A DNA stretch of 64,000 nucleotides from Acidobacteriota bacterium. Its GTDB lineage: Bacteria; Acidobacteriota; UBA6911; JACQSX01. A program made the position numbers and the translations under genes. Every line of letters begins with the position of its first letter. Position 1 is the stretch's first letter. The DNA is taken from NCBI GenBank assembly GCA_036507075.1, contig DASXQR010000088.1, positions 2,253 to 66,252 on the forward strand, written 5' to 3'. This document shows, one piece after another, positions 50,395-60,039 of this stretch. Under the pieces are notes generated by a model. It was not told where the DNA came from and searched no databases. It worked only from the letters and a program-made list of their open reading frames with translations.

Positions 50395-51765
50395 TTACGC
50401 CGCCGGCAGCAATTTTGCCCCTTCGGACCGCGCCACGTAGACGGCTGCGGTGATGTCGCCGGTCACGTTCAGCGTTGTGCGGGACATATCCAGAATCCGG
50501 TCCACGCCAAGAATGACGGCAATCAACGCCGGATTCACTCCGATTGTAGCCAGCACCATAACAACAAAGGGAATGGATCCTGCCGGAACACCTGCGGTTC
50601 CGATACCGCCCAGCATCGCCAGGTAAACCACAATCAACTGCTGGCCGACTGAGAGATCTACTCCTGCCAACTGGGCAAGAAACAGCACCGTGACACCTTC
50701 ATACAGCGCTGTTCCATTCTGATTGGCCGTGGCTCCGACGGTGAGTACAAACGAGTTGATTTCCCGCGGCACGCCGAGATTCTCCTCCGATACCCGCAAA
50801 GCAGTCGGCAGCGTGGCGTTGGAGGAGCTGGTCGAGAACGCGGTAATTATCACTGTGTTGATGCGGCGAAAGAATTCGATCGGGGAGATGCGCGCAAGGA
50901 ACTTCACCGACAGCGAGTACACAACAAACATGTGAATGGCCAGCCCGAGCAGTACGGTGGCGACGTACCAGCCGAGGCTTATCAGAAATCCGAAGCCGAA
51001 CTGTGCGGTCATGGTAAACAGCAGGCAGGCAACCGCAAAAGGCGCAAACTTCATGATGATTTCAATGATTTTGGCGACGGCTTCATAAACGCTCGTCAGA
51101 ACGGAGATCAGCGGTGCGGCGCTTGACGGCTTGAGCAACGTCAATGCGACGCCGAACACGAGAGCGAAGAACATCAGACCCAACATGTCCGGTGTGGCGC
51201 GCGCCACAGACTCGATCGGGTTGGCGGGAACAATGGTCTTGACCACAACCATCAGAGGAGTGTCGGGGTTTTTGGATTGGGCGCTGGCTTCAGCCACGCG
51301 CCTGCTTGCATCGCTCGAGTAACGGGCCATCAGCTCGTCGCGCGTGGCGGGATTGATGCGTTCACCCGGGCGAATGGTGTTTGCCAGCGTCAAACCGATT
51401 CCCACCGAGATCGCCGAAAAAACAACGGTGTAGGCGAAAGACTTGAGTCCAACCCGGCCCAGTTTGCGAATATCTCCAATGCCCGCGACGCCGATCACGA
51501 GCGATGAAAAAACAAGCGGCACTACGATCATCAATAACGATCGCAGAAAGAGTTGTCCAACCGGGTCCGTCAAGTGTTTGACGACCCAGGACAGTTGGGG
51601 AGAACCGGCGCCCAGGATCTGCTTGGCCGCTCCACCGGAGGCAGCTCCAATCACAAGCCCGATAAGGATTCGGATGTGCAAGGGCATGCGCCGTCGCGCT
51701 TCAGCCAGATCATCTGTCTTGTCATCAAGGTCGGAGACGGTCTTTTGTTCGAAGGAATCAGCCAT
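50395..51765 (-). CDS. Dicarboxylate/amino acid:cation symporter (GltP/DAACS)
   Basis: AFSTSSSNATLP, GATANQNGTALY, GVDRILDMSRT. Confidence 0.95.
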   Translation of the reverse strand: MADSFEQKTVSDLDDKTDDLAEARRRMPLHIRILIGLVIGAASGGAAKQILGAGSPQLSWVVKHLTDPVGQLFLRSLLMIVVPLVFSSLVIGVAGIGDIRKLGRVGLKSFAYTVVFSAISVGIGLTLANTIRPGERINPATRDELMARYSSDASRRVAEASAQSKNPDTPLMVVVKTIVPANPIESVARATPDMLGLMFFALVFGVALTLLKPSSAAPLISVLTSVYEAVAKIIEIIMKFAPFAVACLLFTMTAQFGFGFLISLGWYVATVLLGLAIHMFVVYSLSVKFLARISPIEFFRRINTVIITAFSTSSSNATLPTALRVSEENLGVPREINSFVLTVGATANQNGTALYEGVTVLFLAQLAGVDLSVGQQLIVVYLAMLGGIGTAGVPAGSIPFVVMVLATIGVNPALIAVILGVDRILDMSRTTLNVTGDITAAVYVARSEGAKLLPAA

Positions 51766-51848
51766 ATCGGAGGCTCGCATCGTATCAAAAGAGGCTTTGA
51801 AACGTTAATCCTTCTTGCGCAAACGCCGTGCCTGCAATATAAACGCCT

Positions 51849-51980
51849 CGCATCTGCCACGAAGGCACGAAGACACGAAGGACAACGATTAAGTTAGAAG
51901 TGGCCATTTGTCCGACAACTTGGATCGATGAGAAGTGTCACTTCAAAATAGAGGTTCTTCGTGCCTTCGTGGCAGATGCG
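51849..51980. mobile_element. ~135-bp palindromic element (CACGAAG arms); homologous copy inverted at 52599-52737
   Basis: Shared arms TGCCACGAAGGCACGAAGACACGAAG and shared interior GACAACGATT.AGTTAGAAGTG...TGAGAAGTGTCACTTCAAAAT. Confidence 0.85.
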
Positions 51981-52021
51981 GGTTGCGAGTTAACGAGTAG
52001 CGAGTACGGGAGGATAGCGGG

Positions 52022-52588
52022 ATGAAACGTACGATCATAGGTTTTTTGATCTGTTTTGCTATGGGTGGTTGGCTCCGTGCGCAATCAGAGCTGGAGCTTT
52101 TTACCGGTGGGTACAGCCCGGGATCGGAAATCACCGGAACTGACTTTGACAATGGAGCGCTGCTGGGGTTTCGTCTTGGCCATTCGATCGCGCGAATCTT
52201 CGGCACTGAATTTTCCTACACATACGTCAAGAGCCTGCAGGAGGTCGGCAAGAATTTTGATGGACACGCAAATCTGTTGAATGGCAACTTCCTGCTACAG
52301 CTTCCGCTCGGAAAGCCGGTGCCGTTTGTTACCTTGGGTCTCGGCAGTATTATCGGCGAAAGCAATACCTTTCTCCGGGTTAAGAGCGCCTTCGCATGGA
52401 ATGCGGGCGGCGGACTAAAAATCAGGCGCATGGGCGGCCCGGTGGGGTTACGCATCGACGTGCGGTATTACAAGGTTCCCGACGGAGTGGAGATTTTCGG
52501 AGTGCCGGACATTCGTGGAATTCGCAGCATTCGAAAAGTGGATTTCGATTTTGCGGAAGTCAGCGGCGGGATTCTGTTCAGCTTCTGA
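52022..52588 (+). CDS. Outer-membrane beta-barrel protein (8-stranded type)
   Basis: Signal peptide, alternating beta strands, C-terminal GILFSF. Confidence 0.85.
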   Translation: MKRTIIGFLICFAMGGWLRAQSELELFTGGYSPGSEITGTDFDNGALLGFRLGHSIARIFGTEFSYTYVKSLQEVGKNFDGHANLLNGNFLLQLPLGKPVPFVTLGLGSIIGESNTFLRVKSAFAWNAGGGLKIRRMGGPVGLRIDVRYYKVPDGVEIFGVPDIRGIRSIRKVDFDFAEVSGGILFSF

Positions 52589-52783
52589 CGGTTGGGGATT
52601 TGCCACGAAGGCACGAAGACACGAAGAATCGCTATCCATTTTGAAGTGACACTTCTCATAACTCGATTCAGGTTGCCGGAGAAGTGGCACTTCTAACTCA
52701 ATCGTTGTCCTTCGTGTCTTCGTGCCTTCGTGGCAAACTACCGGCGGAGGGTCCGCTTGCTTACGCGCGCGGTTCGGATAGGG

Positions 52784-53848
52784 ATGGAGAAGTGTCAACG
52801 TCCTCGCGGCTTGCTCATATTTCTTATGCTCGGCGGGTGCGCCAAGGTGGCCGATCCACAGCCTCCCAATATCACGCCTCCGGCCACGATCAATGACCTG
52901 CGGCTGGAGCAGCTCGAAAACCATATCGTGCTGGATTTTTCTCTGCCGCTGACATACGAAGGCGGGGCGCCTCTGCCATTGAAAAATATGGCGATCTACC
53001 GCCTGGTACTGCCGCGTTCCAGCAGCTCTCTCGCCACGCCGGAACAGATGGAGCAGGAAGGTCAAATCATCAAGAAGCTCTGGCCCGATGACCTTCAGGC
53101 GCTGCTCAAGAACGGCCGCACCCGTTTTTTTGACGTGGTTGCCTTTCCTGATCCGCTGACGATCTTTCAAAGAAACCTTGTATATGCGGTGCGCTTCTAC
53201 TCGCCGCGGAAAGTTGCCTCCCGGTTTTCCAATATGGCCTTTATCTCGCCCCTGGCGCCCGCGCTGGCGCCGGTCTTGCGGCCTCCCCGGGTATCGGAGA
53301 ATGGTGTCACTCTGCTGTGGAATCCACCGGCCCGCAACATGGACGGTTCCATTCCGGCGCGCATTGCCGGCTACCGCGTTTTCCGGGGTTCCAGCGACAA
53401 GGAACTGGAACAACTGGCGGACATCGAGGGGAATGCAACGGAGTTCAGTGACACCAGCGTGGTTGCAGAGCAGACCTATTATTACGCGGTCCGGACCCGG
53501 TCGGCCGTCGATCCGCCCGCCTTCGGGCCGGTTTCTGCCGTGGTTTCCGCCGCCACGACCGACGTATTCGCGCCGGCGGCGCCCTCGGGCCTGAGCGCAT
53601 CGGCCACGGCCGGAAAAGTCGAGCTGGTGTGGGAACCTAATTCGGAAATCGACTTGCAGGGGTACAATGTATATAAGAGCGCTGCTCCTGATGGGCCATG
53701 GCGCAAGCTGAATTCAGCGGTGCTTGTGCCCAACAGCTTTCCCGATCAGGAGCCGGGCGCCGGGGTTTTTTATTATCGCGTCACCGCAGTGGACCGCAAA
53801 GGCAACGAAAGCGCGCCATCTCAGCCGGCGCGCGTGGAAATTCAATAA
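52784..53848 (+). CDS. Fibronectin type III domain lipoprotein
   Basis: Lipobox LGGC..ADPQPP; [32 protein letters not shown]. Confidence 0.88.
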   Translation: MEKCQRPRGLLIFLMLGGCAKVADPQPPNITPPATINDLRLEQLENHIVLDFSLPLTYEGGAPLPLKNMAIYRLVLPRSSSSLATPEQMEQEGQIIKKLWPDDLQALLKNGRTRFFDVVAFPDPLTIFQRNLVYAVRFYSPRKVASRFSNMAFISPLAPALAPVLRPPRVSENGVTLLWNPPARNMDGSIPARIAGYRVFRGSSDKELEQLADIEGNATEFSDTSVVAEQTYYYAVRTRSAVDPPAFGPVSAVVSAATTDVFAPAAPSGLSASATAGKVELVWEPNSEIDLQGYNVYKSAAPDGPWRKLNSAVLVPNSFPDQEPGAGVFYYRVTAVDRKGNESAPSQPARVEIQ

Positions 53849-53858
53849 GGAGATCGCC

Positions 53859-54533
53859 ATGAAATTCTTTTTAGACACCGCCAGTATCAGTGAAATCAAG
53901 GAAGTCGCTTCCTGGGGGATTTTAGACGGGGTGACCACCAATCCTTCGCTCGTGGCCAAGGAGGGAAAAAGTTTCCAGCAACTGATCGAGGAGATTACCA
54001 AGATTGTCGACGGGCCGGTGAGCGCCGAGGTCACGGCCACCGACACGGAAGGAATGCTGCGGGAAGGTCGCCAGTTCGCGCGCATCGGTCCCAATGTCAC
54101 CGTCAAGATTCCCTTCATTAAGACCGGAATCCGCGCCATCAAGACGCTCACCGATGAAGGAGTCCCGATCAACGTGACGCTGATCTTTTCGGCCGTTCAG
54201 GCGCTGATGGCCGCCAAGGCGGGAGCCACGTATGTGAGTCCCTTTGTGGGGCGTCTGGATGACATCGCGCACGATGGCATGGAGCTGATCTCGCAGATCG
54301 TGAGTATCTTTGAAAATTATGACTTTGGAACCGAGGTGCTGGTTGCCTCGGTGCGACATCCCCTGCATATAATCCAGGCCGCGCAAATGGGAGCCGGAGT
54401 GGCCACCATGCCTTTCAAGGTGATGGAGCAGATGATTCATCATCCGCTCAGCGACATCGGACTGAAGAAATTCCTGGAAGACTGGGAAAAAATCCCCAAA
54501 GAACTGCGGGAAGGCACGCCTGTCAAAGCCTGA
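53859..54533 (+). CDS. fsa: Fructose-6-phosphate aldolase / TalC-type transaldolase
   Basis: [38 protein letters not shown]; SD AAGGAG. Confidence 0.95.
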   Translation: MKFFLDTASISEIKEVASWGILDGVTTNPSLVAKEGKSFQQLIEEITKIVDGPVSAEVTATDTEGMLREGRQFARIGPNVTVKIPFIKTGIRAIKTLTDEGVPINVTLIFSAVQALMAAKAGATYVSPFVGRLDDIAHDGMELISQIVSIFENYDFGTEVLVASVRHPLHIIQAAQMGAGVATMPFKVMEQMIHHPLSDIGLKKFLEDWEKIPKELREGTPVKA

Positions 54534-54538
54534 GCCCA

Positions 54539-54676
54539 CAAAAGATTGAACCGCCAAGAACGCCAAGAACGCGAAGCCACTGATTGACCGAGTTTGGTTG
54601 TCAGTGGCTGAGCTCCAATACAGGGGCCAGTTAAAAGCTTGGCGCTCTTTGCGTTCTTGGCGGTTCAATCTTTTTT
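54539..54676. mobile_element. 9-mer-arm hairpin element with GCCCA direct repeats
   Basis: AAAAGATTGAACCGCCAAGAACGC ... GCGTTCTTGGCGGTTCAATCTTTT; GCCCA at 54534-54538 and 54677-54681. Confidence 0.8.
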
Positions 54677-54680
54677 GCCC

Positions 54681-56231
54681 ATGGATCTCAAAGACAAACT
54701 CGAAGAGCTGGAGAAGCGAAATCGCGCCGCCGAACTGGGCGGGGGGCAGGCGCGGGTGGAGCGCCAGCACTCGGCGGGCAAGCTTACAGCGCGCGAGCGG
54801 GTCGAGCTGCTGCTGGACGAAGGCTCCTTCAATGAAGTCGACAAGTTTGTCACTCACCGCTGCAATGATTTCGGGATGGACCAGCAGAGAATCCCGGGCG
54901 ACGGCGTGGTCACCGGCTATGGCAAGATCGACGGACGGCTGATGTTCGTCTTTGCCCAGGATTTTACCGTCTTTGGCGGGAGCCTGAGCGAAACCTATGC
55001 CCAGAAGATCTGCAAGATCATGGATCTCGCCCTCAGGATGGGCGCTCCGGTGATCGGTTTGAATGATTCAGGCGGGGCGCGCATTCAGGAAGGCGTCGTC
55101 AGTCTGGGCGGCTACGCCGATATTTTCCTGCGCAATACGCTGGCTTCGGGTGTGGTGCCGCAGATTTCCGCAATCATGGGGCCGTGCGCCGGCGGGGCCG
55201 TTTACAGTCCGGCCATCACCGACTTCATTTTCATGGTCCGCGATACCAGCTACATGTTCATCACCGGCCCGGATGTGATCAAGGCGGTGACCCACGAAAC
55301 GGTCACCAAGGACGAGCTGGGTGGAGCTTCCACGCACAACGAAACCAGCGGCGTGGCGCACTTTGCGGCGGCCGACGATGCTTCCTGCCTGGCGATGATT
55401 CGCGAGCTGGTCTCCTACCTTCCGCTGAACAACAGGGAAGATCCGCCGCGCTACCAAGCCGGCGATGCCGCGGATCGGGAAGATGCTTCGCTCGATCAGC
55501 TCATCCCGGCCGATCCCAATCTTCCGTACGACATCAAAGACCTGATTCGCCCGGTGGTGGACGAGCATCATTTCTTTGAAGTCCAGGAAGGGTTCGCGCA
55601 AAACATGGTGGTTGGACTGGCGCGGCTGAACGGACGCTCGGTGGGAGTGGTGGCAAACCAGCCGGCCGTGCTCGCGGGAACACTGGACATCAACGCATCG
55701 GTCAAGGCGGCGCGTTTTGTGCGCTTCTGCGATGCGTTCAACATCCCGCTGGTCGTGTTTGAAGATGTTCCCGGTTTTCTGCCCGGAGTGAATCAGGAGT
55801 ACGGAGGCATTATCCGCCATGGGGCCAAGCTGCTTTACGCTTTTGCGGAGGCCACCGTTCCCAAGATCACAGTGATTGCGCGCAAGGCTTACGGCGGAGC
55901 CTACTGCGTGATGGCGTCAAAGCACATCCGCACCGACGTGAATTACGCCTTCCCCACGGCGGAAATCGCCGTGATGGGCCCCGAGGGCGCCGTCAGCATC
56001 CTGCACCGCGCCGAGCTGGAGCGCGCCACGGATCAGGAGGCCTTCCGGCGCGGCAAGATCGAAGAGTTCCGCAACAAATTCGCCTCGCCTTACATCGCCA
56101 GCGAACGGGGCTATATCGACGAAGTAATCCTGCCGCGCCACACCCGCCCCAGGCTGATCCAGGCCCTTGAAATGGCCTCCAACAAAAGAGACAAGAACCC
56201 GCCCAGGAAGCATGGCAATATTCCGCTGTAG
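54681..56231 (+). CDS. pccB: Acyl-CoA (propionyl-CoA) carboxylase beta subunit
   Basis: [46 protein letters not shown]. Confidence 0.95.
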   Translation: MDLKDKLEELEKRNRAAELGGGQARVERQHSAGKLTARERVELLLDEGSFNEVDKFVTHRCNDFGMDQQRIPGDGVVTGYGKIDGRLMFVFAQDFTVFGGSLSETYAQKICKIMDLALRMGAPVIGLNDSGGARIQEGVVSLGGYADIFLRNTLASGVVPQISAIMGPCAGGAVYSPAITDFIFMVRDTSYMFITGPDVIKAVTHETVTKDELGGASTHNETSGVAHFAAADDASCLAMIRELVSYLPLNNREDPPRYQAGDAADREDASLDQLIPADPNLPYDIKDLIRPVVDEHHFFEVQEGFAQNMVVGLARLNGRSVGVVANQPAVLAGTLDINASVKAARFVRFCDAFNIPLVVFEDVPGFLPGVNQEYGGIIRHGAKLLYAFAEATVPKITVIARKAYGGAYCVMASKHIRTDVNYAFPTAEIAVMGPEGAVSILHRAELERATDQEAFRRGKIEEFRNKFASPYIASERGYIDEVILPRHTRPRLIQALEMASNKRDKNPPRKHGNIPL

Positions 56232-56992
56232 AATGTTCGTGGTCTGTTGTCCGTTGTCAGTTGTCCGTGGTCAATGGCTATCGAGTTCATTCCCTTCAGG
56301 CGTCAAGTTTTGCCAGTTTTTGTTGTGCCGATTGAGCGCAGGTAAGCATTCAGTCTGGGGGCCAATTCGTCTATTATTGGCTTCAGTTGCTGAACTTGAG
56401 CTTCGGAAAGCAATTGGCGTCGAAACACCCTCCTTAACCAGTGCTTTGTCTCATTAAGCGAACCGCGGGCGGTCCGAACGAACCGCCGGTTGTCCGGAAA
56501 GCTGCCGCGCCCTGTTCCCTCGGCAATGTTTGATCCGATGCTGTCAGCAGCCGACACAAGTTGCTTGCCCACCGTAAACCGAGCAAAGGTCTGCCATTGA
56601 AAGACGATGTTCCAGATTCGATCCGCCAGGTCTTCGGCGAGCCGATAAACATCAAGCTGCTCGAAATTCGTTCTCGTCGTCATTCATCGCCTCCTGCGTA
56701 CACAACCGCCCGAATCGGAAATTTGCGAAATTATTTTTGCCGGAATACGATTTAGCCATGATTTGGGTCCGTTGTCAGTGGTCCGTTGTCAGTGGATCGT
56801 CGTCAGTGGTCCGTTGTCAGTGGTCACGTTGTTGTTGCCCATTGTTAGCGGTGAGGATGTTACCTCGCGTGCAAACGCCGTCTTGGCTCACCTCTGCTTT
56901 GAGTTGTGAGAGGAGGGTCCCTCGAAATTTGAAGGTTCTATCCAACTGGACCACTGACCACGGACCACTGACCACGGACCACTGACAACATT
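56232..56992. repeat. GTC(C/A)GT(T/G) heptamer arrays bracketing the four-helix-bundle gene
   Basis: Arrays at 56235-56276 and 56767-56822 (same sense) and 56952-56986 (inverted). Confidence 0.9.
56303..56683 (-). CDS. Four helix bundle protein (23S rRNA-IVP / Avd-like family)
   Basis: FEQLDVY, QLVSAADSIGSNIAEG.GR, ARGSLNET; SD AGGAGG. Confidence 0.93.
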   Translation of the reverse strand: MTTRTNFEQLDVYRLAEDLADRIWNIVFQWQTFARFTVGKQLVSAADSIGSNIAEGTGRGSFPDNRRFVRTARGSLNETKHWLRRVFRRQLLSEAQVQQLKPIIDELAPRLNAYLRSIGTTKTGKT

Positions 56993-56993
56993 T

Positions 56994-58469
56994 ATGTTTA
57001 AAAAGATCCTGGTTGCCAATCGGGGCGAAATCGCCGTCAGAATCCTGCGGGCTTGCCGTGAGATGAAAATCACGGGCGTGGCGGTCTATTCGGACGTGGA
57101 TGAGACGGCGTTGCATGTTCGCATGGCTGATGAGGCGTATCGCATCGGCGCGGCTCCCGCCGGCGAGAGTTACCTGCGCGCGGATCGAATCATCGAAACG
57201 GCGCGGCGCTGCGGCGCCGAGGCGATCCATCCCGGCTACGGATTCCTTTCCGAAAACGCGGAATTTGCCGGGCAGTGCCGCTCGGCCGGTATCACCTTCA
57301 TCGGCCCGCCGCCGGAGGCAATGCGAAAGCTGGGCGAAAAGATTCCGGCGCTGGAAATAGCGCGCGGCGCCGGCGTTCCCACTATTCCCGGATCAAACGG
57401 AGCCGTTCGGGAACTGACCGCCGCGCTCAAGATCGCGCTGGAAATCGGATATCCGGTGATGCTTAAAGCCTCGGGAGGCGGCGGAGGCAAAGGCATGCGC
57501 CTGGTGGGTTCCGAAGAAGAGTTGCGCCGGGTCTGGGATGTCACGCAGAACGAAGCGGCATCGTCGTTCGGCAATCCTGTTGTTTTTCTGGAAAAGTACC
57601 TTGTCCATCCGCGCCACATCGAGATCCAGGTGCTGGCCGATCATCACGGCAATGTCCTCTACTTCCCCGAGCGCGAATGCTCGCTGCAGCGCCGCCACCA
57701 GAAAATCGTGGAGGAGTCCCCGTCGCCGGCCGTCGATCCGGCGCTGCGAAAGAAGATGGGAGAAGCCGCGGCGCTTCTGGCCTCAACGGCGGGTTATCAA
57801 AACGCCGGCACGGTGGAATTTCTGATGGATGCGGACGGGAAGTTTTTCTTTCTTGAAATGAACACGCGCCTGCAGGTGGAGCACCCGGTCACGGAAATGG
57901 TGACCGGGGTCGATCTTGTTCATTTACAAATCCGCATCGCGGCAGGCGAGCAGCTCCTCCTGGGCCAATCCGGGATCGATGCGCGCGGCCATGCCGTCGA
58001 GTGCCGCATCTACGCCGAGGACCCCGGCAATCAGTTCATGCCTTCGCCCGGGACAATCGCATCGTTGGAAGAGCCGGCGGGCCCCGGGATACGAAACGAC
58101 ACGGGAATATATCCGGGCGCGGAAATCTCGCTCTATTACGATCCGCTGATTTCCAAGCTGATTGCGCATGCGGGCACCCGACAGGAAGCGCTGGCGCGGG
58201 CGGTTCGGGCGCTGCGGGAGTACCGGATTTCAGGGATTCGAACATCGATCCCGTTTCTGAGCCGGCTGCTGCAGGATCCCCGCGTCGCGAGTGGCCGGCT
58301 GCACACCGGACTGGTGGCGGAAATCCTGGAATCCTCCGATGGGACCGAAGACGAAGGATGGCGTGAAGCGCTCATTGCCGCCGCCCTGATGTACCAGTCG
58401 CCGCAGAAACGCCGCCTCGCTCCCGAGCAAAGTTCCTGGCGGCAGGGTTTCTGGGAACACATGCCGTGA
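56994..58469 (+). CDS. accC: Biotin carboxylase subunit
   Basis: ILVANRGEIA, HPGYGFLSEN, GGGGKGMR, EMNTRLQVEHPVTE. Confidence 0.95.
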   Translation: MFKKILVANRGEIAVRILRACREMKITGVAVYSDVDETALHVRMADEAYRIGAAPAGESYLRADRIIETARRCGAEAIHPGYGFLSENAEFAGQCRSAGITFIGPPPEAMRKLGEKIPALEIARGAGVPTIPGSNGAVRELTAALKIALEIGYPVMLKASGGGGGKGMRLVGSEEELRRVWDVTQNEAASSFGNPVVFLEKYLVHPRHIEIQVLADHHGNVLYFPERECSLQRRHQKIVEESPSPAVDPALRKKMGEAAALLASTAGYQNAGTVEFLMDADGKFFFLEMNTRLQVEHPVTEMVTGVDLVHLQIRIAAGEQLLLGQSGIDARGHAVECRIYAEDPGNQFMPSPGTIASLEEPAGPGIRNDTGIYPGAEISLYYDPLISKLIAHAGTRQEALARAVRALREYRISGIRTSIPFLSRLLQDPRVASGRLHTGLVAEILESSDGTEDEGWREALIAAALMYQSPQKRRLAPEQSSWRQGFWEHMP

Positions 58470-58975
58470 AATTTGAAGCGCGTCTGGAGAACGGCCAAAG
58501 GCATAGCGTCGAGGTGAAGCGCCAGGGCGGCCAACTTCAGGTGTTGATCGACGGCGATCCGGTGAGCGTTCGCTTCCGCAGGGTAAACGACAATCAGTGC
58601 CTGCTCGAACTGGGCGGCAAGATCGTCGATGCGGTCATCCACCGCAATGGCGTCGACCAGGAGGTGCTGATCGCGGGCATCACGCACCGGCTGCGGCTGA
58701 TCGATCCCAGGCTGCAGCCTGACCCCGGAGAAGTTTCAACGGGCGGACCGCTCGCCGTGAAGGCCCAGATGCCGGGAAGAGTGGTGCGGGTTCTGAAGGC
58801 AACGGGCGACAATGTGGAAAAAAACACCGCCGTGGTGGTGATAGAAGCGATGAAGATGCAAAACGACATCCGCGCCCCCCGCGCCGGCGTCATCGCAACG
58901 CTTGAGGTGAAAGAAGGAGAATCCGTGTCGGCGGGGCAACTGCTGTTTGAAATAGCCTCCGAACCGCGCGCGTAA
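58466..58975 (+). CDS. Biotin carboxyl carrier protein
   Basis: EAMKMQN biotinylation motif; GTGA overlap with accC. Confidence 0.93.
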   Translation: MKFEARLENGQRHSVEVKRQGGQLQVLIDGDPVSVRFRRVNDNQCLLELGGKIVDAVIHRNGVDQEVLIAGITHRLRLIDPRLQPDPGEVSTGGPLAVKAQMPGRVVRVLKATGDNVEKNTAVVVIEAMKMQNDIRAPRAGVIATLEVKEGESVSAGQLLFEIASEPRA

Positions 58976-58993
58976 GCAACCCGGACGGTCCCT

Positions 58994-59644
58994 CTACGGC
59001 TGCGGCTCGGCCAGGCCGCTGGCTACCTGGAGGTACAATTCGCGCTCGCGCACCCACAGCTCGTAATGCCGCCGCAGCCCGTAGAGCGATGTCGCCAGCA
59101 TCAGCAATGCCAGAACATACAGCAAGGTTCCGAGCTGCGAGTCGACCTCGGTGGGAAAGTATGCCACCAGCTTGCGCTCGAAGCGGAGAAGGAACAGTGG
59201 CACGGGCATGAGCACCAGCAGAATAATGTTGGCCAGCAGGCCTGCCTTGAATTGCCCCATGGAAAGCTGAATGTGCAGCAGCGCGCCCGCGTTGTCCCGC
59301 AACTGCCGGCTGCGCAGCGACACCTCGATGCGGCGCCACAGCGAATGGAGCAGCGTCAGGCCCACAAACACCGCGCAGATCAAAAAGAAGAGCGCCAGCC
59401 CCTGGGCGCTGATCAGCAGGATGAGCCGTCCGGTGGAACTCTTGATCGGCTTGCCGAAAAGGAGCGACAGTTCGTAAATGAAGAACACTCCGCTGTAGGC
59501 GGAAAGCGGCAGAAGCGCCAAAAACACCCGCAGGCCGTTCAGAGTACGGATCTGGCGCGGTAAATCTTTGCTGATCCGGCCCAGAATCCAGCCCATCAGC
59601 AGGACGGCGGATCCTGCAATCAACGCCAGGTCCCAGTAACGCAT
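58994..59644 (-). CDS. Hypothetical multi-pass membrane protein
   Basis: About five hydrophobic helices. Confidence 0.75.
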   Translation of the reverse strand: MRYWDLALIAGSAVLLMGWILGRISKDLPRQIRTLNGLRVFLALLPLSAYSGVFFIYELSLLFGKPIKSSTGRLILLISAQGLALFFLICAVFVGLTLLHSLWRRIEVSLRSRQLRDNAGALLHIQLSMGQFKAGLLANIILLVLMPVPLFLLRFERKLVAYFPTEVDSQLGTLLYVLALLMLATSLYGLRRHYELWVRERELYLQVASGLAEPQP

Positions 59645-59696
59645 GCCGCTATTTTAAACCCGGCCCCGCGCCGAAGATAGCTCTGTGTTCCCTGTG

Positions 59697-60021
59697 TAGC
59701 AAGTTAGCAACTTCTTGTTTTTTAGCAGGGTTTTTAAAACCGTTCACGTCAAGGACCACGTCTCACGTTCACGAGCACGAGCATGTCAACGTCCACGCGG
59801 ACGATCACGTCGACGGTTACGTCTAAAGTCTTGCACGGTGCGCCTAACTAAGCTTCAGAGGAATTAGAGCTGAATGTTGTCGAAATCATCGATCTCGGAG
59901 GTGGACGTTGGCGTTCTCGTAATCGCAGGACGTGGAGGTTGACGTGATCGTGCTCGTAGACGTGAGGCGTGGTCGTTGACGTATTCGTGGACGGTTTTTT
60001 GGTTGCGGCCCGTGGCCGGGC
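59697..60021 (-). mobile_element. Fixed-frame element with inverted hexamer arrays as core
   Basis: Minus strand: GGCCGCAACCAAA-(ACGnnn)n-spacer-(nnnCGT)n-CTGCTAAAAAACAAGAAGTTGCTAAC. Confidence 0.75.
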
Positions 60022-60039
60022 ACAAAGGACGCAGGAAAA

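Noticed and set aside
56303-56683. Avd of a diversity-generating retroelement
   Set aside because: No reverse transcriptase and no template/variable repeat pair seen in the window
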